Below are positions 50,935 to 64,000 of a DNA stretch of 64,000 nt, in pieces. Position numbers and translations under genes: made by a program. The notes under the pieces were generated by a model. That model saw only the letters and a program-made list of their open reading frames with translations, ran no database searches and had not been told where the DNA came from. Within the stretch, counting starts at the first letter, position 1. Every line of letters starts with the position of its first letter. Source of the stretch: Blasia pusilla (taxonomy: Eukaryota); assembly GCA_050084515.1 (NCBI GenBank), contig CM114271.1:21576001-21640000 (forward strand). Direction: 5' to 3'.

Positions 50935-53271
50935 CATATTTCCTTACTATTTTTACATATTAAAAGGAGAAAATGCTCTATGGTTGGAAGGAGTAGAATT
51001 GGCTTAGCCTCCTCTTGCACCTCCTTACCTCACATTAGTTGATAAGAGTTAGCCGATAAGAGTGTAATGCAGCTGGTTAGAAATTTATGGATAATTTAAT
51101 TTACCCATCATATCAAAAACATTTTTAAATTTACCATTTAGATCGAGTGTCAAAGAGAGAACTTTCCCATATTACTCTCCACTTTAAAAAAAATTATATT
51201 AATATTATTAAATAATTTTCAAACTAGGGAAAAATTTTTAGAATTTGCGTGCAACATGATATCTTCACTCTTAGGATACGCTTCTTTTCGTAAGTATGAG
51301 AAACATCTCTTTTCCTGTAAAATAAATGTTAAGAGAGTAGTTAGTTCGTAGTTAATCTAGATGGCCAAGAAAAAAAGAGAGGAACTTGTAGAATCAGCAA
51401 CACTAATAATAAAATAGATATTAGGAAACAACAAATTCTTTTCAAATCACTCCTTTACGTTCCACGACGCAAAATGTAGGAACGATACGATGTGAAAGTG
51501 GACACCAAGTCCACACCTAAAACGAGAAGGTCACTTCATGTTCATTCACGGGTTTCTGCCGTCAAATTTACCCAACGTCGGCGGATTCAAAGTCTGATGA
51601 GGATGATTCTCGGGCAAAATGGTCGGACATTGTCCGAAAGCAGGTGCTCTACAAGTCTTGCTATGGACGAGTGTTGGGAGTCGGGTCTGGAGTTTGACGC
51701 GGACATCAGGGAGTTAGAGGACAAGAGGTCGCGCTTACGTCTCGTGTAGCTCCTGCTAACGGAGAGTAATTAGGTTTGTCTACTCAAAAAATTATTCGCA
51801 TGAGAATAATTTTCGGGGAGCAGCTTGTCCATCCCTAATTGTCCGGCATCTGCGGCCAAGATCGTGGAGGAGGCAGGAGCCTGCAGGTGAGAGGATCTTG
51901 TGACGACGTAGCGTGATCAAAGGAGGACAGGTACTGTACAAAATGAAGTTGACTAGCCTAAAAAATTGTACTGTTCCTCATCAGTGGATGCGAGAAGCTA
52001 TCTTCTACTGTAACGCAATAGATGGGAATATTCATCACCGTGCAAAAAACTGAAGATATAAAATATAAGATACTGCTTCCACCGGCTTGCTTGAGTGAGA
52101 CTATAGCTACGGGCTATAGTCTCAATGAATTCAAGTGAAGGTCGAATTTCGGTCGTGATCGACAATCCTGTGTAGACTCGCACGTCACGAAGGGTAATGA
52201 GTTTGGAAGACATTTTGTGAGCAGTAGTTGTTGGCGAGCAAAGCAGTCGTCGTAATATTTAAGAATTATCGAAACAGATCATGAGATGGTAATGTGGAGC
52301 ATGACGATCGGATTGGAAACAAGAAAAATGTAGCAATGATGGCCATGAATGCGGTGAGAAGTGACCTGTGCCTGCAATGATGACGACCTCAACACAAGCT
52401 CACCGGTATTGGTTTCGTAAATGTGTAACACATAGATCGATCATTTGAAGTCTCGACCAAAGAAACGAAGACCAGTTCTGCGTTTAAAATACTCGTGACA
52501 GCTCCAATTGTACAGAATAGCCGGTATATGACAATTTGGGAACACAACTGCGTGCCAATTGAATCTCAGATCGGTTCGGGAACTCAGATTCCTCTCTAAG
52601 AACCTGAGTTTGGCGAGGATTAAAAGTAAGGAAACTGAATACGATTAAACTGCACCACGCTTATTCATCCGCTGCATTTCGAAGCATCAACCCTAAAACT
52701 CATTCAATGGTATGCAGATAGCAGGAGTTTGACGCCGTTCAATTTCTCACCCCGCTCCGCAGTAAATGTCCATCTGTTAAGATCCTTGTCCACTATTCCA
52801 TTCACGGTCTCCTCCTCTCCTCCCCTGCGAGCCTTTGAAATGCGAGGGATCATCGGCCGAGCGCCGATCGCCGCTCGTCGCCGAGGCATTGGCACACTGG
52901 TAGCCTTGTACAGCAGCAGCAGAAGATCTCTGCTGCTGAGCGCGTGCACTCAGTGGCATCTGTCAGTCAGACAGCAGACCTCACACGAAACTCGGAGGAC
53001 TAGAGAGAGATGCTCGCTCTCCTCTCCTCCCTCCCTTGATCTTTGTGCGGGACCCACGGACCCCCACGTCATTCGAAAGGTATGGCTGCGGATAAGCTGG
53101 CTGGTATCACGAGGCTGCCCCGTTCCGCTTCTCCGTAGCGCTCTCCAACTTTGGCTTGGTGCGTACATCTTATCGCTCGCTTCTGCTGCTGCTGCTCCGG
53201 ATTGTAGGTGGGAAGACCAGCACTGAGAGAGAGAGCAAACGCGCTGACGAGGGAGAAGTCGCAGAGCAGCT

Positions 53272-55543
53272 ATGACGATTTCCTTGACAATGGGAGCGGT
53301 GAACTTGGCGCTCACAGTGCCATCTACACCACGGGGTCGCTCATCACGCTTTGCCGCTGGGGTAGTTCGCTGTGCGGGTGCGTTTCCCTGTGGATGGTGT
53401 AGCTTGTTCGCGGGTGGCTTCAGATAGCCCAAGCTCAAATTTGCGTGTGTGTTCTCCGAGGATAGCTTCCATGCTTCTTCACGAGCGGAGTGAAACCGGA
53501 AACTCAATACTTCTCACTACCTAGCTCAGAATTTCTCGCAAGTGTAAAGTTGAAATGGTAGTTCTGGCTTGTGAGGGGTAGAATCTGAATGCCTACTTCC
53601 GTAATTGTCCCATGCCTATCATGCAAGACGTCAGGGTCGTTGATCAGTGTCTGGAGATCTATTATGAAGAGAGGCGCACAACTTTACAGTCAAGAGAAAT
53701 GCGTATCAAAATAGATATCAGCGTAGAGCATCGTTTTTTTGGCAATGTGTCTGGCATCACTGATCTAGGGATGGTTTCTCTGTCGGGAATGGCTTCTCTG
53801 GCCTCGAGGATTCTAGAGTCATCCTCATGATCCGGCCAAACATTTTCTTTTGGAATCCACCAGAGAAGGCGTAGTAATTCTCGACCGAACATTCGGTAGT
53901 ATCCATGGTGGGGTAGTTCAAGGAAATGACCGAAAAGATCGTTTATCTCAAATTTGAACAGCTCATTCAAATGCTGAGTGTAGAGCTTAGATTAGAGCAT
54001 CACCCGCATCGGGATGTCGAAACCCCCGTCTTCGGCTTTACTATACGCCACTGCATTTGACGTAGTTGTGTATGTGATGAGATTTATACGACTCAATTTG
54101 AATTGCAGGCATACTTACTTTGTGCAGGGCCTGCTATCAGGGCTTTCCTTGATACTGAGTGTCCCTAACTCCTGTGCTGTTCGTTTCAATTTCAAAGATG
54201 GAAGCAATCAAGCAGCAACATCACAGAGGGAGTCAGATAATTCTGAGAAGACGCAGCCCATGGAGACGATCAAAAGGGTAGCGTGTGGTCTTTGTGCTGC
54301 CCTCACCATCGCCACTGCTATGCCTACATTTGCTGCACCTTCAAACCAGGTGTGCTAGCTTTAAGAATGAGGACTGTTTGCTATGGTCGCGGTGAAAAGT
54401 TCACTTTCTCCCTCCTAGATTATGACTCTTCTTTCTTAGCGCAATCTATCCTTTCTCGGTTGTTTTTCGCACGCTTGAGGAATTCCAGTTTGAGCCAGTT
54501 GTAGACGGGCTGAGGATTGAGGCTGTCTGTTCCTGAAACTTACCGGTGACTATCATCAAGATTTCTGTTCAAAAACTCGTATTGCCCAACTGAGTAGTTG
54601 ATATGGCGAGTGCAATGATGTCTAGCTTCCCGAAAAACCAGACGCCAATCTAAAATCCAAGTGCATAAGCTTCTAGTCTCACCTTGTCGTTTGGAGATCA
54701 CCTCTTTGCGTCTTATCTTTTAAGGGAACGAACATATCTTATCGTACTTTTTCTTTGACGGCATTATGTAAGGTATTGGTTGCATATGGAGAAGCTGCTC
54801 CATGGAAAGGGTGCTCCATCATGGAAAGCCGTGGGAGGGATTCTGATGTTATTTGCGTTTCAGGAAGTGAGAAGAATCACAAGTTTATTTTGCTTAATCT
54901 AAGGTGGTTGTTTGTGTGGAAAAAGGCTAGACTACCACCTCTCTCTAGAGATCCAGCCCGATGTGAGAAAGCTTTCGTCGGAAATACAATCGGTCAGGCC
55001 AATGGAGTAGCCGATATTCTTCTGGATCTTCGCTTTTGTGACTACACCAATGATACGACCAACTTGAAGGGCAAATCGCTGTCAGCTGCACTCATGGCTG
55101 ATGCAAAATTTGATGGGGCGGACATGTCAGAGGTCATCATGTCCAAAGCATATGCTGTTGGAGCCAGCTTCAAAGGTATCGCTTGAGTGAAGAAATTGAG
55201 AAATTGGGAATGTTTCACGTTTTCTTCATATGTCACGATGTGTCAAGTCCACTACCAACGATAGTTCATGTGTTGCATCCTTACACTGATCACGAAGAGG
55301 CTCATCATACTTTATGCAGGTACCAACTTCAGAAACGCCGTGGTGGATCGTGTCGTGTTCGACAAAGCGGACTTGCGGGGTGTACAATTCATCAACACTG
55401 TACTTTCAGGGTCGACTTTTACCGGAGCAAATCTAGAGGATGCGTCGTTCGAGGATGCGTTAATAGGCTATGTTGATGTCCAAAAGCTATGCAGAAACCC
55501 CACTCTTTCTGAAGACAACAAGGCTAGTCTTGGATGTAAATAA
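53272..55543 (+). CDS. TL17: Thylakoid lumenal 17.4 kDa pentapeptide-repeat protein (chloroplast precursor), 4 exons
   Basis: Exons ~53272-53377 (transit peptide ...VVRCA), 54198-54349 (hydrophobic lumenal signal ...AMPTFAA), ~54926-55175 (RLPPLSRDPARCEKAFVGNTIGQANGV...LRFCDY...KSLSAALMADAKFDGADMSEVIMSKAYAVGASFKG) and ~55320-55543 (TNFRNAVVDRV...LCRN...LGCK). The start may be 53290. Confidence 0.9.
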
Positions 55544-57165
55544 TACTCCTAGTGCCAATACCGCACTGTGTAAGGGCAGGTCATTATTTCAAATGTGCTA
55601 CCAACACACAATTTGACGATCGGATGATTATAACGTTAAGTTGTGGGCTTATCGACGAATTATCCGCATAGCTGGCACACTGACGAGTGGGCACACATCT
55701 CGGCCTGCACACAGGAGTTGTTCGCCACTCAAAGCTACGATCGCCTCTGGCATTGAGCTATATCTGAGATGTGCATTGGGGCTACTAGAGCGTTTCGGTA
55801 CCGAAAGCACCGGACTATCGGCGTTTTCGGACCTAAAGTTGCCCAGGATAATCGATGCGAGGTCGGTGTGCACACTCCTGCTCCATCGACAAGATTACTC
55901 CATACTCGTGAAATTCGGCTACCAACGCCTCTGCGTGTTACGGTCAGACGATTCGCGATTAGCTTCGCGTCTGCGAGTGTCGGACAAACAATTCGCAACT
56001 ACCTTCGCCTCTGCGAGTTTCGGACCAATTGATCCTCAACCAGCCACTTGAGCAAGACGTAGGCGGTCGAAATGTTGCAAATGGCGTCCATACCAGTGAC
56101 GAATGTTTGGGAAAACTCTTTGGGTGTTCGTGGACACCCACAATAACGTGGCTGCGCAAAGTGCTCTCGGTCGCAGAGCCTCTGCGACCGAGAGAGCAAG
56201 AAGAGGTGAACACTCACTTCTTCGTCCGTTTGGGCCGCCGATCATCACCCTCACGATCGCCGAGGGCCCACGGCGTCCCAGACAATCTTACGATGGTGGA
56301 TGACATCCCACCATGATCTTACTCCCAAAGCAGCATTTACATGATGAAAACATTCCAGACACATGGGAGTAGCACATGGTATGTGAAGAGAAGATAAGAC
56401 TAGATCGTCCTATTATTGATTGATCACATATTGACTGAACAACAAATTTGGAGAGGGCCTTTGTCCACTCGCAAAGATGTACGTCCACTGCAACGGCGTC
56501 CCCATCCTGATTCTCGCTGCTTGGGGAAAATACAAATGACAAGCTGTGCCGGAAATGAATTCAGTATGCCCTTCCCACGGACTCAATGAAAACAAACGTT
56601 TCCCACACTTAGTACGACCCTTCCTTGCTCTAGTAATATGAGAGGTAAAAATCAATAACTAACCACTAGCAGTTGTAGACCTCTGTCATTTCGATAATCA
56701 ACACACGACAACTGCTGCTGGATATGGTTATTGCATATATATGAGACTTCTTCCTAGAGCAGTGCATCCTAATACTCTTCTTCAAAACTAATGAACCGGT
56801 GATCAAAACTCAGTGACAGTTGATATGTATCGCTTTCCTTACCCAAGCCGGGACACAATATTACACCTACTAGCAAGCCCCGGCCAGGTTGCAATAGTCT
56901 AACGATGCCAGTTGGAAGCAGCAGCTTACCATGACTTGAAAGAATTATGTGACCTATCTGACTAATCCCTTGGGGTGACATCCCTGAACTGCAGTGTCCA
57001 TCATTCTGCAGTTCAAATAGTCATCGTGTCACCATGCTGTGGATCAAGATGAGAGATTGGGCTGTGCCATCTGCCATATTGGGTGCAGCTGCTTTGATGA
57101 ATTTCCGACATTCCTAGTCCTTTTCTACATCCCTGGAGTGCAAACTTGCCATGAATGCAGTGATC

Positions 57166-60100
57166 CTACTCTCGTTTGTCTTCCTCTACATCATCGTCCA
57201 GGCTGAAAACATCAGTATTTACTGGTTTCCTGTCCTTCTTCTCGGCCTTCTCAGGATCCACTGTAATGGTGGTTTTTGTTGCTCCATTGGCTGAGGTCAA
57301 GGCAATTGTTGCTTCATCATCGAAATCTTCACCGACGTCCTCTGAGTATGCATACCTGTATGCAACGAACCCCACATTCCAGGACACATCAGGTCCCCTG
57401 CTAAGCTCAAACTCAGGACAACTCCAAGCAAGGAAACCAAGGCCAGAAGTGGCTGAATCAAGGCTTACAACTGCTCGATGGGATGAATAGAGATGATCAT
57501 TCATAGCATCCAATTCTGACTCACTGCTGCTGTTATGGCAAGATCAGCTAAGTGCAAAATAGTAAATATTCGTGGAATAATGCCTCCTTACACCCATAGG
57601 TGTTTGATTTACCTGGTAGAGTTCTGCGATGGGGCCCAGAGAGCACAAACCACGCAGAGCAGCAAAAAAGTTAAGATATTCCAGAAAGCTGATATTATCC
57701 AGGCATTTCGCCAGCTCTCACTGTACGAATCAGTGGCCTTGAAGTAGAGCTGTGGAAGTAACAGAGCAGAAAAGAAAATTAGGGTGAGTAGCTGACTTCT
57801 TTCACTTCAGTAGTGAGACTCTTTAGCCCCAGTCTACAATGGGGGTCAACCCAAATGCCTGTCTGGAAAACGTTACACCATTTCAGACTAAATCTTGTTG
57901 ACTCGGGAGAGTAAAAAAATGCTTCAGGATTGATGCAGAGGTCAGTCACGTCACTAATTTTCACCACATATGAACACATATTGAGTAATAAAGGAGTGTT
58001 ACCTCATAGCCGATCCAGAGGACTGCAACCACCACACCCACTGCCAAAGAGTTGGTGAATTTGCGGTACAAATCCAGCTTAGCAACCTGCTTCCTTGCCT
58101 GGAACATGCCAAAATAACATGGCAGTCTCAGGAGGAGAAATTGTAACAAGAAACTTGGGTGCATGTATATCCATGAGACCATCAAAGAAAACGGCTAGTG
58201 TATAATCCTTCTAATAATCCAAATAAGAGCAGCTTTCAACAGGTGCAAGCGCTTTGCATACCTGTAACTTCTCCAAAGTTTTCGAAAGAGATGTGAAGAT
58301 CCACAAAATGAAAAATGCGTCAAGAATGGCCACTGGGAGCACAAGAAACAGCCGTGCTTTCCCAGATAGATCATTGATTGTGCCCACATTCTCCACCACA
58401 TCCAGAGACTCGGAAGCCAGAAAGTAAGTCCCCCCGAGAAGAAGGACCTTGGATGTCAACCCACCTAGTGTGGGTCGCACAACACCATAGCCCATAGACA
58501 CCACCAAAATAAGCAGACGTGAGACAGTTTTCTTCACTGCTCCCAGGGTAACAGCCCAAAGTGTGATACCCATGGGTCTCAGACCTGTCATGTTGAAGTT
58601 CACGTACTCAAAATACCACATGGCCATCTCTGCCATACCAAGGGCTATGACTGCAGTGATGCAGTTTTGAAGCTGCAAGATATCCCTCCAGAATCGTAGA
58701 TATTGGAGAAACCAGAAAAGTCCCAGCACCAAGTAGCACAGAGAAAGGAAACCATAGAATGTCATCAAGGGTGCCATACGACCTGGCAGATAACCGTAAG
58801 GATTCTTCCACATTGTCTTTCCGTTCACAACTAGACTCGAAAGTCTGGTATCACAGGTCATAAAATAGAGCGTATACATTCCCGTCTTGGTAATGTTAAC
58901 CTCGGTGAACATGAAATTTGTTTCGAGATCGCTACCCTGGAAGTGAACCCGTAATGCGAGTGGCCACCCTGGATCCTCTGCCGATGCGTGTTTGATAACT
59001 TCCCCTTCAGGGCAACCAAATTCTTTCGACAAGTCTTTCGTGCAGCAAAATGCTCGTTGATCATGAACCCGACCCCCAATCTTGTCCATGTCGGCTACCT
59101 CAAACAGAATGGCTTCGACGAGACCAGTATCTACATCTGTGGGCTGAAATTGGTTGGCAACTTCTCGAGGCCGTCGAAATTTGAGAGAGCCATCAAATCT
59201 GCAAAACAGATTGGGGAAAAATGAAGTAGAGAAATGAGCAGGCGATCTTCTCCAAAGCAAAACTGTAAAGCAAGTTGATGAACAGATTCTTTAAAGGACC
59301 AGAGGGCATAGATTCCCGCTGGTCCTATGGAATTCTACAGATAGAAACCTCAAACATGTTGGGAGAGTCCCGGCGAGAGCGCTGTTGGATAAAATCTAGA
59401 TCTCCAGTTAGGCGGTCTTTCCAAAGATGAAAACAGAGAGGAACTACATGCAGCTAAATCGCAGCCAATTGAAGGACATTAAGCTCTAATCACAATACGA
59501 TTAGATGCACGCGACGTGTGGGTCGTCGCCGAAAGATACAGAACCACCTGATAGCGGTTCACGAACCCGCGTCATGAAACCTCATCCCACGCTCACCAAG
59601 CCCGCCTTGAGTGATTCAGATGGTCAAGCTCGAGTAAAGAAAACTCACTCAGTGACTCGGAGCCACCAAGACGTAGAGACAGCAAGAGCACTGTCAAATT
59701 TCGACTCCGAAGGGTTCTACCAGAGGAAAGTTAACCCTCGCGCTGAAGAGGGTGGATATAGTCTTTCTATCCGCATAGTCTTCATCAGATCTGAGAGCGG
59801 AAATACCTCGATGAGGGGTACAGTTGGGATACCATTCGCGAATTTGGATATTGGCAGAAGATTCATTCCCGAGAACGCTGATCTACAGACTTGAGAAGGT
59901 AGAGGAGTGTGCTTCGTGGGGGGTAACCTTGAGGTCGGCGGCTATTGTCAAGGCCTTCGTATGACGGGAATATTCCGAAAAATCGGGGTGATAAATCGAG
60001 TAGAGTTGCTGGCACATTATTACAATTATCTCAGAAATGCAGATGAGCGGGTGATGAATTCGATGGACGCCAAAGAAGTCAGATCCTGAATAATTACGCG

Positions 60101-60335
60101 AGATCTACTGCCTGGTGAGTTAATGAACGTGCCTTATGTATGACTTCCCATTAGCCACACCCGACCCTTCGCCCGATGTGGCGTAGAGACCTTCACTGCC
60201 GCCGAAGAGCATGAACGCATTTCCCTTCTCGGCGAGCACAGCATTCGAATACTCGTGCACCGATCCGTCAACCCGTTCTAATCCAAAATACAAGATGCAC
60301 ACTGTTGACACGGCTAACAACCACACCTTCGCCAT
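57166..60335 (-). CDS. GOST / Lung seven-transmembrane receptor family protein (TMEM87/CAND6-like), 5 coding exons
   Basis: Exons ~60132-60335 (signal peptide, SVHEY...GGSEGLYA...GKSYIR), ~58262-59198 (CCTKDL..GC...WKNPYGYLPGRMAPL...ILQLQNCIT...VSMGYGVVRPTLGG), ~58003-58099 (KLDLYRKFTNSL), ~57613-57749 (WQNAWII...WAPSQNST) and ~57166-57355 (RYAYSED...EEDKRE). Confidence 0.92.
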
Positions 60336-63300
60336 CGGGAACACCTGAAACAGTGAACACATTCCATCAACACGAGTGCTAATCTGAGCGCCACTTCACT
60401 ACCTATACGACTCACCTGGAATCTGAGAAATGGAGGCCACAGTAACAAGGCTCGCAGAGACGAGAGAAGACGGGAGTGGACGGACACCCTCAGAGTAAGG
60501 GAAGCACAGTTGGGCAGAGAGTTAAATTAAATAATCGAAGGTCACGAGAGCATCCTTACCACGATGGGAGAATCAAACGCACAAAGATTTGGTGAGAGAG
60601 CTCAAAGTATGGATCTGGCACACAGCAAGAACGTCATATGCACCGATGTTTCCCGCGATGCAGATTCCCCGTCCAGTTTTACGATCGGTGAAGCAGCCCT
60701 CTCCAATCCTACAGAAACAAGAAACCAAATAAGATAAAGATATCCTCGCGCACACGATTTGACCAATTGTAGACCGATTGATGTAGTCCGGAAAATCCTC
60801 AGCACGGAGCAGCGGATCCAAACCACGAGCATACGAGTGAGGAGTCGAGCCGGCCGGACCACGAAGTACAAGAAACAACGGAAACGAAATGCAATCGATG
60901 AGTGAAGGTCGTGGTTTGAACTGACGTGCGAGAAGTGCAAGCGCAGGGAGATCGAGCGAGGCCACGCAGACCGCACACGGCAAATGCCTGTGTTCCTCTC
61001 TCGCTCTCTCAACCCCGCCCCTGTCTGTCCGCCAAGACCAGTGAGCGATTGCTGTTGCAAGCGAGCACCTATGAATGATTGACGCCAGCTCAGCTGCGCT
61101 CGAGCCTCATGTAGGCTTGTCCGTTACGGTATTCTCCTCCTCTCCCACTCTCGGGGAGTCGTAAGACGCAGCCCGCAGCACCGCCACTCTCACTCCTCCG
61201 TCTTGTTGTCCTCACGTTGCGGTCATGTTGCTGACCCAGGTCTCCTCCATCGTGCCGACTCTAGGTCCGCACCATGCCTCCACTTTCTCCTCCTCTCCGC
61301 ACCTCCGCCTCTTTCCTTCACCGTCCTCGTCGTCGTCCGCCCGCGTCTTCTGTCATCCGCAAACGAACAAAACAAAACGACAGCGCGTCGGTCTGAAAGC
61401 TTACGGCGGTCCTTCGCAGAGCGCGCCGTACGCGTTCAGCGCGACACTGCCAACACCCGCCGCAGTCGATGAGGATTCCCGCACGCCGTACCCCTTCTCC
61501 TTCTCCTTCCGCTGCTCTGCTCTGCTCTGCGCTTATCCCAAACGAAACGAAAACGTCATCGCTCCGTTCGCTTCCGTTCGCCTGCCGGGAAACGAGACCG
61601 TGTCAGAGGTACGGAGGAGATCACGGCACCCGTAGGGCTTTCAAAAGGTGGGGTTGTTTTACCTCCACTTGTGGGAATTGGATCTCGTTATAGCCCCATT
61701 TGGAGCTCCATGCTCGCTCTTTCTCGTTCAGCACTGCAGTCCACTATGGAGAGATAATTTGGCTATGGTTCCAAATGGTGCGGTTATTTTACCTCCTCAC
61801 TCGGAATTGAATTGTATTGAATTGAATTGAATCGAATCGGAGCTCCATGCTTGATCTTTCTATCTATCATATGCTCCGTGCTAGATCTATCTATCGATGA
61901 TGGCATCCCCGTGGAGAGCGAGAGATTTTGACCATGATTCCAAAAGGTGAGCTTATTTCACCTCCATTTATGTGAAATTGATCTCTCCCTTGTTCTACCT
62001 ATGACATCAAATTTCAACTAATTTCATATGACACATGCATGGTTGGATGAAAGGCCAATGGAATCTTGATACCTCCTGAATTTTAGAGGGTGAAATTGTT
62101 AAATATTTTTATGATAAAATAGATTCTTATGAATTCTTTGAATTTAGTGGTAATTCTTTCACCCTCTTCTATCCTAACCAAAACCTCAGGAGGGCTAACT
62201 TATGAAAGGGAGTAGAAAATGGCAATCGAGAAAACCCTACTATAAACCAAATTCACAAAGAATAGCAAAATTTTTAGTAGTAGCTTAGGAATCATGATTG
62301 GAAGGAAAGAGGCCTTTAGTGATAGTGTCTACCACAATTTGCGTACACCTTAAAAATCCGTTGGTTTGAGCACATTGCAACGTACTCGAGATATGATAAT
62401 TATTGTATAAGTCTATAGTAGCAAGGAAATCTGGATCTCACATGGATCATATGAGTTCACTCAAATAGAAAATTGTTACTTGGTGCTTGGCCCAAGGATC
62501 TTACACCTTCCTTGCCTTCTCCTTATCCCCACACGTAGCTATACCCTTTATCTCCCAAGGTTAGTGTCAAGGTGCATGCTCGACTTGCATTGACTAGTGT
62601 TAGTCTCACTGCCAGTGTCACCCCTATTCCTAGTCTCGTGACAAGCTAATATGGGTTTCAATTTCGCTGGGTCACATGAGGGTCTCTTATCCTTGGAGTG
62701 ATAATCATGGGAGTGTAATATAGTAAGCTAAGTCTATGACACTCATGCTACCAGGGACAATCCTCCTATTCAAAGATGCACATTCCCTTTGTCTCTCTCC
62801 AATTTGTTATCCTCCTTTGCTCATTCTTAGATTTTCTCCCCATTCTTGCTATGTATATAATGATATGAATATTTTTTTCATGAACTCAATCAGAGTCATG
62901 TCGAAAGGGGTCCCATATTGCCTCTCCAAATATCTATACTGTAATATGAGGTAAAGAGGCTTACTATCTTGAAGAGTACACTTCTAAGAGAATTGAAGTC
63001 CATTATATGAAAGGAGAGTATATATTTAGGGATGTGAGAAATTTAAGAGAAAATATTGCTTTCAATAGTTTGCGATATCTAACGCTAGTATGTCCTCATT
63101 AGTAGATATTGTCCATCATTGCTTCTTGTTTGTAGAGAGGTTGGTGTGTGGATGGATTTGGCCTACTCTCCTCGTCTTCTTTCATGCTTGGAGACTCAAT
63201 TGATCTCAACGCAAGCAAGAAGGTCATTCCATGCATTAGTGGGTGAAGTGCTCCCCACCCATTTCTAATTCACCCTTGAATGCTTGCGAGTATAGTGTTT

Positions 63301-64000
63301 CGATTTCCTTCCTTGATTTCTTTTTTTCCTCTATGTCTTTTTGAATTCCTACATGTACATTTGTTTGGAATCTAAGGCTTCCTGATTGGTAAGATGTCTC
63401 GAATCTTTCCATCCTCGGGCTTAGGCAAGGTGTCCCCTATGGCGCAAGGGGGCTATGAGCTAGTTTACTTACAACTCTACAAGAATTGAGTATGTATTTC
63501 TCTTATTTCTTTGTCCATCAAACAAAATTTACCTTCTCATGCTCGACGTATTTTGTTCCGTGGAGATCTTGCATTCCCACAAAATTTCTTCCAAGAATCA
63601 ACTCTTGTTTATAGTTTGCACATATCACACTTTATTACCACCACACAAGAAAAAACCAAATCAAAACGGAGATCTTATATGAACTCATTTCTTATATTTA
63701 TAAAATAATTTTCATAGGACTTCATGATTATGTACAAAACCTAGGTTGATATTTACACAATCAAATTTTGTTATCAATCGCAAACCAAAAGTAGAATTTG
63801 CATGGGCTAATTGTATCATACCTTGTCACCACCCCTTGAATTAAGTGTTGTAAACCCAATTCACTAGAGAGGGGCCCTCCAACATATATCACCCACCTCC
63901 TCGCGAGACGACATGGCTGAGAATCTTAAATAGAAATAATCATCCCCAGGGGAGGGAGATCGACCCGCACGCGCGTATATTCGGGTCCGTAACACACCAA

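Noticed and set aside
55641-56981. Overlapping short ORFs between TL17 and the 7TM gene
   Set aside because: No motifs; probably 3' UTR or intergenic sequence between convergent genes.
62000-64000. AT-rich, TE-like sequence with a possible LTR start near 63825
   Set aside because: No partner repeat or coding motif within the window.

Overview
Eukaryotic, intron-rich plant nuclear DNA, probably a non-seed land plant (the retained mitochondrial nad3 group II intron suggests liverwort, hornwort or lycophyte; inference only). Four host genes: a multi-exon Strawberry-notch/FORGETTER1 homologue (minus, runs off the left edge), a C2H2/RING-like zinc-finger gene (minus), thylakoid lumenal pentapeptide protein TL17 (plus) and a GOST/TMEM87-type 7TM gene (minus). 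Between them are TE-rich blocks. The main feature is a ~10 kb Ty3/Gypsy retrotransposon (27325-37276). Its Pol carries a complete DNMT3-like C5 cytosine methyltransferase in frame between protease and RT, and a PHD finger after the integrase. It appears to self-prime in Tf1 style with no tRNA PBS, and it has a split-direct-repeat layout A-internal-B-A-B with TG...CA ends and a 4-bp ACCT duplication. Two older relatives (about 20.5-23.95 kb and 17.0-17.35 kb) indicate that the methyltransferase and the internal B repeat are family traits. Also present: a nad3 NUMT, chromovirus, Helitron and possible hAT remnants, and tandem repeats. Exon and remnant boundaries were read by eye and are approximate.
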